From Rebecca billardiae RCC1528 (lineage: Eukaryota; Protista; Haptophyta), in the NCBI GenBank assembly GCA_965240325.2, contig OZ251222.1, positions 4,278,001-4,342,000 on the forward strand: a DNA stretch of 64,000 nucleotides, read 5' to 3'. The notes beneath the pieces were generated by a model. The model was given only the letters and a program-made list of their open reading frames with translations, was not told the DNA's origin and did no database searches. Shown piece by piece: positions 11,886 through 21,801 of the stretch. Numbering within the stretch: position 1 is the first letter of the stretch; every line of letters begins with the position of its first letter. The position numbers and the translations under genes were made by a program.

Positions 11886-12793
11886 CTCTTTTGAGCCCTT
11901 GCGCGACGAGCCTTTTCGCGCCCTCGCGGCTTGTGCTGAAGCGCGCGGGTGCGCGTTTGCGGCGCACGTGGGCGCGCTTCTCGCGCGGGAGCTGTCGCGC
12001 GGGTGCCCTCGACCCCCGCGCGGAGCCCTGATGCGCGTATGCGCACGAGTCCAAGCTCATGTTAGTCGCGAGGGCGCGGATTATATGTGGCGCACCAACC
12101 GCACCCGCCGCGGGCCGACGCCACGGGGCCCGCCACGCCGGCCCCGGGCACCACCCGGTGACGATCAGCTGGAACCAGCGCGTGCGCGCCCACCGCCCAT
12201 CATCGGCGCGCGTGCGATATGCAGGATATAACGGGCTAGTCACTAAGAGTCGGCGGCTGCGATCATCGCATCGGCCATGCGCGGCGACTCCGCAAAATGT
12301 ACGGTACCAGGTAGCTAGCCAACTACTAAATTCCAGCCGATGTTACAAGTAAGCTAGCTTATTCCGCCTTATAGCTATGTGTCCTGGCGCGGATCACGGC
12401 TTCCGAGCAGCCGCCCGCGGGCCAACTGTCATCAGTGTCAGCCCATATCCATTGTCAGGTGATATAGCCTTTCGTCGGCAGCTACTGTATGTCCTTGCCT
12501 GCCGCTGCTGCGGATGTAGACTGTAAGTGTAGTACGCGGCTATTCGTCCCGTGCTGAATGTCAGTCAGTGACCTGCGGCTGCGGCCCTGCCGGCCGCAGG
12601 CGGCCGCCGGTCACCCGGGCCCGCTGGCGACGCCGCGCGGCAGCATTATTGCCAGTTCATCAGCAGCAGTACTCCTCAGTGTCTCCTGTACTGGCGGCTC
12701 AGAAACTAGCCTGCTAGCTTACGCTTCAGTCTCAGACGACCGATATTCTCATCCGATATATATATATATACGATCAATATGCGCATGCTGATG

Positions 12794-13083
12794 TGATGTT
12801 TATTCCGCCATACCCGTTACCCGGTCACGCAGGGGCTTATCACAGTGTCCCTGCGGACGTCGTCAGCAGCGCCGTCCGTGCGGACGAGCGGGCGGTGCAG
12901 GTCCTCAGAAACGGATACAAAAGCGGTGAGCGGCAAACGGCCGCCATACGTAACTGGCAGCGCAGCTTTCGCCTGCAGCTCTGCAGGCAGTGCCGGATAC
13001 TTCGACCATCCGGACGGTTGGAGCCAACCGCCTGGAGAAGAAAAAGAAATCGTGCACGTAGGAAATTCGGGATTAATACAACA
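12794..13083 (-). repeat. 3' LTR of the copia element
   Basis: Direct repeat of 15718-16007; preceded on the minus strand by the polypurine tract AGGGGGGG. Confidence 0.95.
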
Positions 13084-13096
13084 CCCCCCCTCGACA

Positions 13097-15682
13097 TCAT
13101 GCCGAAGGCGGCGGAGGTGGTGGAACAGCATGCAGTATCGCCACGACGTGTTTGAGAAAAGTACTCGTCGCGGTAGCCTTGGTCATGATGTCGGACCGGT
13201 TGTCGTCGGTCGACACCTTCTGGATCAGCACGGCGCCGTCGGCTTGCGCGCGCCGCGTGAAATGGTACTTCACGTCAATGTGCTTGGTGCGCTTGTGGTG
13301 CACCGGGTTGTTCGTCAAATCGATCGTGCCCTGGTTATCCTCGTAGATCACCGTCGTGGGCTCCACGACCGGCTCGTTCAAAAACGTGACCAGGTCGCGC
13401 AGGTAGATCACCTCGCGGCAGCACTCGCTCAGCGCGATGTACTCCGCCTCGCACGTAGACAACGCGACCACGCTCTGCAGTCCGCTGTGCCACGAGATCG
13501 GGACCCCGTTGTACATAACAAGGTACCCCGTCGTAGAACGTCGATCTTCACGATCGTTCGCCCAGTCCGAGTCCGCGTACGCCACCAAATCAGGGTGTTG
13601 TGCGTGCGTCGCGTGCCGGAAGAGGATGCCGCGCCGACGCGTGCCGAGCAAGTATCGGAGCGTGCGCTTCGCGGCGGTCAAGTCGTAGAGCCGGGGATTG
13701 GACATCCGGCGTGCCAGCATGTTCACGGCGTGTGCGATGTCGGGGCGACACGTCGTCATGCAGTACATGAGGGCACCGGTCATCTCCTGGTAGTGCTGGC
13801 GGTCAGCGCGCAGCAGGAGGGCTTGCAGCGGGCGGGGGATCTCGCGCGTCTCGCTGCACTCGGGGGTCGGTGGGTGGCGCTCTCCACTCAGGTGGAAGCG
13901 CTCGCACACATCACCGATGTACTGATTCAGGTGGGTAAAAAGTCCGTCCACCGTGGTCTCAAAGTCGGCGCCAAGGAACTTGCTCAGGCAGTCCGCGCCC
14001 TGCATCTCGTAGTGCGTCAGCAACGCCGTCATCAGCGCGTCCAACGCGTTCTTGTCCTTCGAGATGTTCATCATCAGCAGATCGTCGACAAAGTGACCGA
14101 CGAACACGTAGCCGCCATCGACTGCCTTCGAGTAGATGCACGGCGCGCTCGGGCACGGCTCGAACCCATGTTCGAGCAAACACTTACGCAAGTGTAGGTA
14201 CCACACGCGCCCGGCCTGGCGCATGCCTGGGAGCGCCTTCACAAACTTCGCGACCACCTTCGAGCCGAGCGGCGTCGAGCTCTTCGGGGTGTAGCCAGGC
14301 GGGAGCGGTGTCATCGCCTCCTCGCCCTCCGGCAGGTCGCTGTTCAGGTATGCGTGCCGCACGTCGGCGGGTCGCATCTCCACGATCTTGGCGCTCGCCG
14401 CGTCCGTCATCGAGACGCCTTTGGCCTTGAGCGCGACCGCGAGCATCAGCCGCAGCTGTTCTGGTCGTATCGTCGGGGCGAACACCTCATTGAAGTCGAT
14501 GCCCTCGCGCTGGCGGAACCCCTGGGTTACCAGCCGCGCCTTGAACTTGATCACTTCGCCATCGGGAAGCGTCTTCACGTCGAACACCCACTTGACAGGA
14601 ATCGTCCGCGTGTTGTCCGGCACAATCACCTCGAAGAACGTGTGTCTCACGCCGTGCGCGTCGAGGTGGTCGTGGCAGGCCTGCATCCAGAGCTTGGCCT
14701 CGGGCGACTTCATCGCCTCGTCCCACGTCGTGGGGATGGTGATCGGCACACCATTCACCCGCGCGATCGTCGTCGCAGCGAATGCCTCGAAGCTGTCCTC
14801 CTCGGTACGTTCCTCGCCCGCGGCCTGGAACGCTGCCTCGGTCACAGCCTGCACCGTCTGCGCGGCGGGTCTGCTCCGCCTCGCTCGGTCTCGTCGCATC
14901 GGGTCGTAGTCGCGCGGCAGCTCGGGCGCCGCGGACTCACCAGCTCGTGCGTCGTCATCGCCTCCGGCGTCATCGCCGTCGGCGCTCGGTCGCGCAGCTT
15001 CGCTCGCCGCGCCACCGTCGTCATGAGCAGCAGCGCCGCCGTCATCGGCCGCGCCGTCCTCAATCTCAAAATGCTCGTCGCCCTCGCCGGTGAGCTCGCC
15101 GTCAGCGGCGTCTCCCAGCTCAGTCTCGGGCTCGGCACTGTCATCGCTGGCCGCGAATGGAGTGTGCCTCCCCTCGACCAGCGACTGCTCATCAATGATG
15201 TACACGTCCTTTGAGTGTATCACCTGCTGCTGCCCGTCGTCGAGCAGCACCTCGCGCCCAGTCCGGCTGTCCTCTCGTGAGGATGGTCGGGGCGCTCGCA
15301 GCATCGGCCTCAGCGGATGCCGTGAAGGGTATGGATCGTCTCCATTCCCATCATCATCGAGCTCGTGCTCGACGTTGTCGATCACGAGGACCATCCAGGC
15401 CCCCGCCGCGGTGTCGTCACCGCAAGTGCCACACGCGGGCACGTCAATGCTCGCGCGGTTCGTACCGCGCGCGCAGCCGCCCTGCAGGCGGAGGACATTC
15501 GAGGTTGCGTAACGGATGTCCTTCTGGTAGTCACCGAACTCGTACACCACGCCGTGCGTGGGCATCTGGTTCGTCTGCGCGCTTTCACTCGGCTGCTCGA
15601 TGCAGAGCGCGCTGCACGCGAGCATCATTGCCCGCGCGTTCGTCGCGACACCCGCGACGCTGCGACCGGTCGGGTGGGCCAT
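13097..15682 (-). CDS. Copia pol remnant: intact RT (RVT_2) + RNase H, no recognisable gag/protease/integrase core
   Basis: IPVKWVFDVK, KFKARLVTQGFRQREGIDFNEVFAP, DVRHAYLN, FVDDLL, YADSDWA...RRSTTGY, LSTCEAEY, YEDNQG, RTKHIDVKYHF. Only the integrase tail motif VIHSKDVYIIDE lies upstream. Confidence 0.93.
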   Translation of the reverse strand: MAHPTGRSVAGVATNARAMMLACSALCIEQPSESAQTNQMPTHGVVYEFGDYQKDIRYATSNVLRLQGGCARGTNRASIDVPACGTCGDDTAAGAWMVLVIDNVEHELDDDGNGDDPYPSRHPLRPMLRAPRPSSREDSRTGREVLLDDGQQQVIHSKDVYIIDEQSLVEGRHTPFAASDDSAEPETELGDAADGELTGEGDEHFEIEDGAADDGGAAAHDDGGAASEAARPSADGDDAGGDDDARAGESAAPELPRDYDPMRRDRARRSRPAAQTVQAVTEAAFQAAGEERTEEDSFEAFAATTIARVNGVPITIPTTWDEAMKSPEAKLWMQACHDHLDAHGVRHTFFEVIVPDNTRTIPVKWVFDVKTLPDGEVIKFKARLVTQGFRQREGIDFNEVFAPTIRPEQLRLMLAVALKAKGVSMTDAASAKIVEMRPADVRHAYLNSDLPEGEEAMTPLPPGYTPKSSTPLGSKVVAKFVKALPGMRQAGRVWYLHLRKCLLEHGFEPCPSAPCIYSKAVDGGYVFVGHFVDDLLMMNISKDKNALDALMTALLTHYEMQGADCLSKFLGADFETTVDGLFTHLNQYIGDVCERFHLSGERHPPTPECSETREIPRPLQALLLRADRQHYQEMTGALMYCMTTCRPDIAHAVNMLARRMSNPRLYDLTAAKRTLRYLLGTRRRGILFRHATHAQHPDLVAYADSDWANDREDRRSTTGYLVMYNGVPISWHSGLQSVVALSTCEAEYIALSECCREVIYLRDLVTFLNEPVVEPTTVIYEDNQGTIDLTNNPVHHKRTKHIDVKYHFTRRAQADGAVLIQKVSTDDNRSDIMTKATATSTFLKHVVAILHAVPPPPPPSA

Positions 15683-15717
15683 GCCCGGCGGTACGTGGGT
15701 TCACACGCGTGAGCTCA

Positions 15718-16007
15718 TGATGTTTATTCCGCCATACCCGTTACCCGGTCACGCAGGGGCTTATCACAGTGTCCCTGCGGACGTCGTCAGCAGCGCCGTC
15801 CGTGCGGACGAGCGGGCGGTGCAGGTCCTCAGAAACGGATACAAAAGCGGTGAGCGGCAAACGGCCGCCATACGTAACTGGCAGCGCAGCTTTCGCCTGC
15901 AGCTCTGCAGGCAGTGCCGGATACTTCGACCATCCGGACGGTTGGAGCCAACCGCCTGGAGAAGAAAAAGAAATCGTGCACGTAGGAAATTCGGGATTAA
16001 TACAACA
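15718..16007 (-). repeat. 5' LTR of the copia element
   Basis: Direct repeat of 12794-13083; TG...CA termini. Confidence 0.95.
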
Positions 16008-16032
16008 TGATGTATATATATATATATATAAG

Positions 16033-16690
16033 TTAACGACGTGGTATGCAACGGGCAGGCGTCAGAGTCAGCAAGCTGTAGCAGCAGATCGAGCAGCAGA
16101 GACAAACACCAGGATCAGCGCTCCTCGCCGTCGTCCCCCCCCCCCCCCCCCCCCCCCCCTCGTAGTCGCCCATCACTCCATCGCCGAGCGGAAGCTCGAC
16201 GGCACCGTCTGGCGTCGACGCGCGCGCCCCACCGCGGTGGTCGCGGTGCCACGCGTCGTCAGCCGTCGTCTCGAAGTAGTCGTCGTACGCAGCGCCCCCG
16301 CGGGCGCGTGCCCCCGGGCGCACGTGCGCCATGCGCGCGCGGGCGATGAGCATCTTGGCCTGGCCACGCAGGCAGCGCATGCCCAGCTCGCGCCGCATGG
16401 TGCCGAGCAGCGCGCGCAGACAGACGGCCGCGCTCGCGGCGGCGGGGCGCGAGGGCGCGCTGAGGCGCGCGCGCCACGTGTCCCGCCCCATCTTGGCGAT
16501 CTTCTTGAGGGTGAGGTCCACCTCCGCGCTCCACTCGCCGAACGCCCCCACGACAATCGGGACGATCGCGGGGAAGTAGGTGTCGAGCCGCGCCGCGTAT
16601 ATATATGGGCCCACCTGGCCCTCAAGCGTGCCATAGGCAGCCAGTAGACCTCGCGGTCGAGGAGCTGCAGCTGCTTGCGCCGCTCGCGCA
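16033..16690 (-). mobile_element. 5'-truncated 3' end of an RLE-type (CRE/NeSL-like) non-LTR retrotransposon, degenerate
   Basis: LLDREVY...GQVGP (frameshifted at a TA insertion ~16600), then ARLDTYFPAIVPIVVGAFGEWSAEVDLTLKKIA, resembling the C-terminal part of restriction-like endonuclease domains. The 3' UTR ends ...CCACGTCGTTAAC directly in a (TA)n tract. Confidence 0.6.
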
Positions 16691-16805
16691 TGTATATATG
16701 GGCTAGTTACTACCAGAGTTACGACTAATAACTTATACGCAGTCTTGTCGGATTCAACAGTAGTTATACGACATTATTATTGTCATTGTCACAGGCACGC
16801 GAGTT

Positions 16806-16806
<1 letters not shown>

Positions 16807-16895
<89 letters not shown>
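16807..16895. repeat. (AG)n microsatellite
   Basis: About 44 uninterrupted AG units. A poly-C run lies at ~16135-16159. Confidence 0.98.
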
Positions 16896-16898
<3 letters not shown>

Positions 16899-17951
16899 GA
16901 GAATTATATATACTGTATTATATACTGTATATTATTATATTATCATTAGGTGCACTGGTCGTAGACGGTCTACGACTACAGTATATATATACTCAGAACA
17001 CTGAAGAGACGCACACAGCTTAGGCAGGCGAGATTGCCGCCCGAACTGTCAGTAGTTAGATCTTTGCAGCACTGCCAGAGTCGAGAGATTGTAGTTATTA
17101 TTATATATAATATATATACGTATGATACGATTCGCAGACGACTTCATTCATCGGAGCTGTATAGACGACCCAGACTGAGTAGACAGTAGTCAGTCAGTCG
17201 ACGCCCTGCCAGAAAGTACCGCGCCACAGGCACGGTGTAGTCAGCACCGCCGTCACATCTGTTGCGGCGTGTTGCCGACTACTTGCCGCAGTGCGCTTCT
17301 CAGAAGCTGCGCGAACTCGTGCAGAGGCCGTTGTCAGCTCGGACAGTCGCGGGCCGACCTGAGCCTGCGAGTGCGAGGCCGTAGTGAGGCTAATAATCAG
17401 AATGCGCCGCGGCCGACGCCGATAGTCTAGGCGCCATCCCGCGGATTCCGGACTGAACCCGCGACGCCATTGGTCACCGCGCGTATTAGCTACGTGCCCC
17501 ACAGGCCACATCATCACGACTCGGCTGATCATCGCGAGTGAATCAGTGATTCGGTGGCGACGGGCGTCACACCGGTGACACGGTGTCAGTGACGTGACTC
17601 GGGCGGCCACTGCTTGTCGATTCACGGACTGAGACTCGTCGGCGGACCGCGCAGGCTGATTATACTCATCGGCGGTAGATAGAGTCTTCGTGAGTACCGA
17701 CTCATCCACGGTGCGTCTCCGCCGTCAGGCGTCATCAGTGACGGAGGCGCGGAGCAGTACTGTGATCCTATATGCATATTACAAATGTACGATTCGTCAC
17801 GGTACTGGCGAGCTCACGCGGTACGGGGCCTGAACGGCCGTCGCGCAACTGCAACTTGCAAGCAAGCCAACTAGTTCAGCAGCTGCAAAGCGGGCGCAGG
17901 CTTCGATCGTCGATAGTCCGCGATCTGCCCCGATAATCGAGGATGATGGCG

Positions 17952-18857
17952 GGCCTGTTTTATTTCTACCAGATTCCATTTACTATGTCACGGCGACAAA
18001 CCCGTGCTCGCCAGTGGGAATCGGTGTCACGCCCCGTTGGGTGTACCTCTCACGGCCGATGGCGGCCCCCACGTGCGCAAGGAATGCGATTCGTGCACTC
18101 CTCGGTGACCGGTGAGTGCACGAATCCAGTTGCGGCGCTCGTCCGCCTCGTCGTTGTCGCACACGAGGTACACCCAACACCATGGGTCGGATCCCAGAAC
18201 TCTCCGCGCGCTCGCGCCAGCGCGGCACTGGCAGGCTTGTTCTCATCCTCTTGGCCAAGACTGCAGCCTGAAAGATGCGCGAGGACGCGTGTGCACGCCT
18301 TTCCGCGCGACAAGGGTGCGCGTGGCACGCACCTTGTCGTCATCTACGCCGAGGAGGCCTGAACACCCGGCCCACCAACCTGCCGTGACCACGTTCAAAT
18401 GCAGGCGGCAAGCTGCATGCGAGCGCACGCAACGGACACATCTCACGCTCGACAAGGAAGTGGCGGCGGAGCGAGTAGAGCTGGTATCGTTTGCAGTCCA
18501 TCTGTCGTTCAACAATCCTGGTTCACCAACTGACACGGGCGCGACGCAGCCAAGGCAGAGTGCTTGCAGCTTGCAGCGCGCCCGCAACTGCGGTTTGGGT
18601 GCCGCGGCGCGCGGCGATCGTCTCACTCGCGCGCTGCGAGTGACCTCTGTGTCATGGCGAAGCATCATGGCAAGGCTTAGCAGCAAACCTTGGCATCGTC
18701 TTTCAGTACAGCTCAGCGCCCTAGCACGAACATGCGCCAACGACGTGCCGTCACTACTCCGCATTCGCGCCGGTACCCACCACCAGCGGGCAAGCCCGCC
18801 ATTGTACCGCGTTTCGGCGAATGTCGCCTTTGGGCTCTCGTAGAAATAAAACAGGCC
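17952..18857. mobile_element. Non-autonomous TIR element (~906 bp)
   Basis: TIR GGCCTGTTTTATTTCTAC(c/g)AGA(tt/gc)CCA at 17952-17978 and inverted at 18831-18857. Identical 4-bp flanks GGCG (17948-17951, 18858-18861). No recognisable transposase. Confidence 0.65.
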
Positions 18858-19364
18858 GGCGATGTCACGTGACCGATCTATAATTAAATTGATGCCAGAA
18901 TATAATAATAATATGGCTGGCCGGGCGTGGCCGCACCAACTAGTTACTGCATGCTGCATGCGACTGCTAATCATTGACTGACTGCTGACAGGTGGATTCC
19001 CGTGTGTGAAGTAAGTCCGACGGTGCCAGGTCACCGCCCGATTCCGCTTATTTCGACGCGGTCGGGCTCGCCAACTTCGCGACGATGGCGCTGAGCAGCA
19101 ATCAGTCGCCTCGCTGCGAGGGGTGGAAGCCGAAGACTCACACCTGCAGGTGCCGCCAGCTCGTGGGCCAATGAATGGGCACGCATGATCACGACAATGA
19201 GGCCGCGGAGATGCCACTCGGCAGTCACTTCAGGCCGCGGTCACGTCGACCACAGGGAAGGTGGTGCCGTCCAGAGGGTAGACGAGTGGCGCGAGAAAGG
19301 TAGCAGGTGGTCTAAGACCACGCTCCAAGCGCCGCATACAGGGAAGCTGGTGGATGGACTGAGA

Positions 19365-19757
19365 TCAGAAGACGAGGACCGTGACAAGCGTGCCGACTGC
19401 TGTGAGAAGCCCGACAACGCCGATGCCGACCAATGCGACAGCCTTGAGCGGCGGGACGCCTCGCCGCCGTGGCGTCGGCTGCTCGAAGAGATCGTCAAGC
19501 CTCTCCTGCTCGAGCTCGTCGATTCTATCGCTGAGCTCGACGAAGGCTTGCGTCGCGAGCATGCGGCACCCGGGGTTGCGGTCAGGGTGGAGCGTGAGGG
19601 CGGCGGACCGGCGCACCCTCCTCAGGTCGGCGCGGGTCATGTGCGGGCCGATGGAGAGCCGTTTCGCGCGTGCGATCTGGCACGCTGCTGCCGAAGCGCC
19701 GGGGGCGCCGAGAGCCACGACGATGCCGAGGGCGACCAGGGCGCGCATGGTTCGCAT
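19365..19757 (-). CDS. Small DnaJ (J-domain) protein with signal peptide and C-terminal TM helix
   Basis: MRALVALGIVVALGAPGASA; DLRRVRRSAALTLHPDRNPG...ATQAFVEL (HPD motif); C-terminal AVALVGIGVVGLLTAVGTLVTVLVF. Confidence 0.8.
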   Translation of the reverse strand: MRTMRALVALGIVVALGAPGASAAACQIARAKRLSIGPHMTRADLRRVRRSAALTLHPDRNPGCRMLATQAFVELSDRIDELEQERLDDLFEQPTPRRRGVPPLKAVALVGIGVVGLLTAVGTLVTVLVF

Positions 19758-20050
19758 GCGTGATGAGCTGCGACGACGTTGACCGAGACGGCCTTCGGGT
19801 CAGTGTCAAACTGCGGTTTGACCGGCCGAAAAAACTCTGTTACACGGAGACTGTTTCGCTTGTCTTTGCTTAGGAAACGGAGGAAACCGTATTGAATCTG
19901 TTCGAACGACTTCCGGTTCTGATGAACAGCGGCGGAAGGATCGAGTCGTCGTCGTCAGATCGAACCAAACCCTGAAAGGACTGTCTGCATTTTGCGACAA
20001 GCGAGCCGGATTCTCACCAAGGTCCGACGACGACGCCCGACCGGGTGTCG

Positions 20051-21406
20051 ATGGCGCCGACCGCCGCGCCACGCACGGCGTGCGTCATCGGCGCGGGCGC
20101 CGCGGGGCTGGCGGCGGCGGAGCGGCTGGCGGTCGCCGGTTGGGATGTGACCATTCTTGAGGCGCGCGACCGCATCGGCGGCCGCTGCTCGCGCGCCACC
20201 CTCGCCGGCGCGCAGGTCGACCTCGGCGCGGAGTTTGCCCACGGCCGCAACATCGTCGTCGACCTGTGCGAGCTCGCGGGCATCGAGGCGCGACCAATGT
20301 ACTCGCACGACGACGAGGCGGAGGCGCACATGCGCACGTACGCCCACGTCGGCGGCGCGCTGCACCCGTGCGCCCCGGGCGCGCACCCGGCCATCGACGC
20401 CCAGCGCGTGCTCTTTGACGAGCTGTGCTCCGACGACCGCTGGGACGCGCCGCCCGGCCCGGTGGCGGGACGCAGCGACTCGTTCGCCGAGCTCGCGCGC
20501 GAGCGCGGGCTCTCAGCCGAGCTCGTCGGCCTGCTCGACGCCACCGAGGCCGTCGAGTACGCCACCTCCCTCGAGGGCCTCGGCGTGCGCGAGTGGCGGC
20601 GGCGTGAGCTCTTCTTCTCATCGGCCGAGTGCTCCACCGACTTCTCGCTGCAGGGGCGGTACGTGGACGTGCTCGACGGCGTGTGCGCGCGCGCGGTGCG
20701 CGCGGGCGCGCGGCTGCGCCTCAGCCACCCCGTCTCGCGCGTCGTCGGCGGCGACGCCACCGCCACCGTCGACGGCGAGCCGTTCTCGCGCGTGGTGCTC
20801 ACGGTGCCGCTCGGCGTGCTGCGCGCGCGCGCGCTCGAGCTGCGCGGCGTGAGCGACGCGTTCCACGACGCCGTGCGCGCCGTCGGCTTCCACGGCGCGT
20901 CCAAGGTCATCCTTGCCTTCGCGGCCGCCGAGTGGGACGCGCGCACCGCGCGGTGCGCCGCCGTACGCGCGGGCTGCTCGATGCTCTTCTTCGGGGCGCC
21001 CAGCAGCTTTGCCAAGCAGGTGTGGCTGCGGCGCGCAGAGCCTGGACTCGTGCTCGCCACCGCCTTCCTCGCCGGCCCGCGCGACGCGGCGCTCGCCGAG
21101 GGCCTCTCGCAGGGCGAGGCGATCGCGCGCTTCGCCGCGCAGCTCTCGGACGCGCTCGCAGGCGGCGAGCCCCTCGTGCCCCTCGATGGGCTCAAGGTGG
21201 ACTGGGGGCAGGACGCGTGGGCGCGCGGCGGCTACTCGAGCCCCACGCGCGCGCAGTGCGGCGCGTGGCGCCGGCTGCGCGACACGGGCTCACGCACGGT
21301 GCTGTACGCCGGCGAGGCGGCGCACGAGCGCGGCTCGACGGTGGACAGCGCGATCGAGTCCGGCCAGTGGGCCGCGGATGCGCTCCTCTCGCAGTCGTGC
21401 AGTTAG
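20051..21406 (+). CDS. FAD-dependent amine oxidase (polyamine oxidase/MAO family)
   Basis: VIGAGAAGLAAA, ILEARDRIGGR, DLGAEFAHG, VLTVPLGVL, WGQDAWARGGYS, YAGEA, TVDSAIESG. Confidence 0.9.
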   Translation: MAPTAAPRTACVIGAGAAGLAAAERLAVAGWDVTILEARDRIGGRCSRATLAGAQVDLGAEFAHGRNIVVDLCELAGIEARPMYSHDDEAEAHMRTYAHVGGALHPCAPGAHPAIDAQRVLFDELCSDDRWDAPPGPVAGRSDSFAELARERGLSAELVGLLDATEAVEYATSLEGLGVREWRRRELFFSSAECSTDFSLQGRYVDVLDGVCARAVRAGARLRLSHPVSRVVGGDATATVDGEPFSRVVLTVPLGVLRARALELRGVSDAFHDAVRAVGFHGASKVILAFAAAEWDARTARCAAVRAGCSMLFFGAPSSFAKQVWLRRAEPGLVLATAFLAGPRDAALAEGLSQGEAIARFAAQLSDALAGGEPLVPLDGLKVDWGQDAWARGGYSSPTRAQCGAWRRLRDTGSRTVLYAGEAAHERGSTVDSAIESGQWAADALLSQSCS

Positions 21407-21801
21407 CGGCAGGCGGCGCGCCGCCAATTTCTTATTGCGACGTACAATAATATTGTCGTCGTGATATGATGACGACGACCGTTCCGCCCGGACCCGCAGG
21501 GGGGCCAAAGTGGCACTGTGGCGTGACTGACGGCCACGAGCGCGGGTCCGCCTATAGCGAGTGTTTAGCGCTGATTTCGGCCGGGGCTGGCCATCATTTG
21601 CCCTCTGGAGGGCTCGGGCGGCGCGGACTGCGGAGCCTGTGCGCCAGCACGCCTCGTCACTCGCTCGGCCATGCCCGGAGGCGCGCCCCACTGCCGAAGG
21701 GCGCGCGCCACTCGCCCGACGTGCGCAGGCCGTCTGTCAGCTGCGCCAGCGGCACGCGCACCGCCGCCATCCTGCAGTCGTTCACACCGCGTCCCCCAGC
21801 A

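Larger units (their letters stand above)
12794..16007 (-). mobile_element. Ty1/copia LTR retrotransposon, internally deleted (3.2 kb)
   Basis: Two 290-bp LTRs (12794-13083, 15718-16007) that look identical by eye, termini TGTTG...CATCA on the minus strand. 5-bp TSD TGATG (12789-12793, 16008-16012). G-rich PPT next to the 3' LTR (13084-13090). Copia-type RT and RNase H. Confidence 0.96.

Noticed and set aside
16745-17023. ER/RE-repeat ORFs
   Set aside because: Translation of the (AG)n microsatellite.
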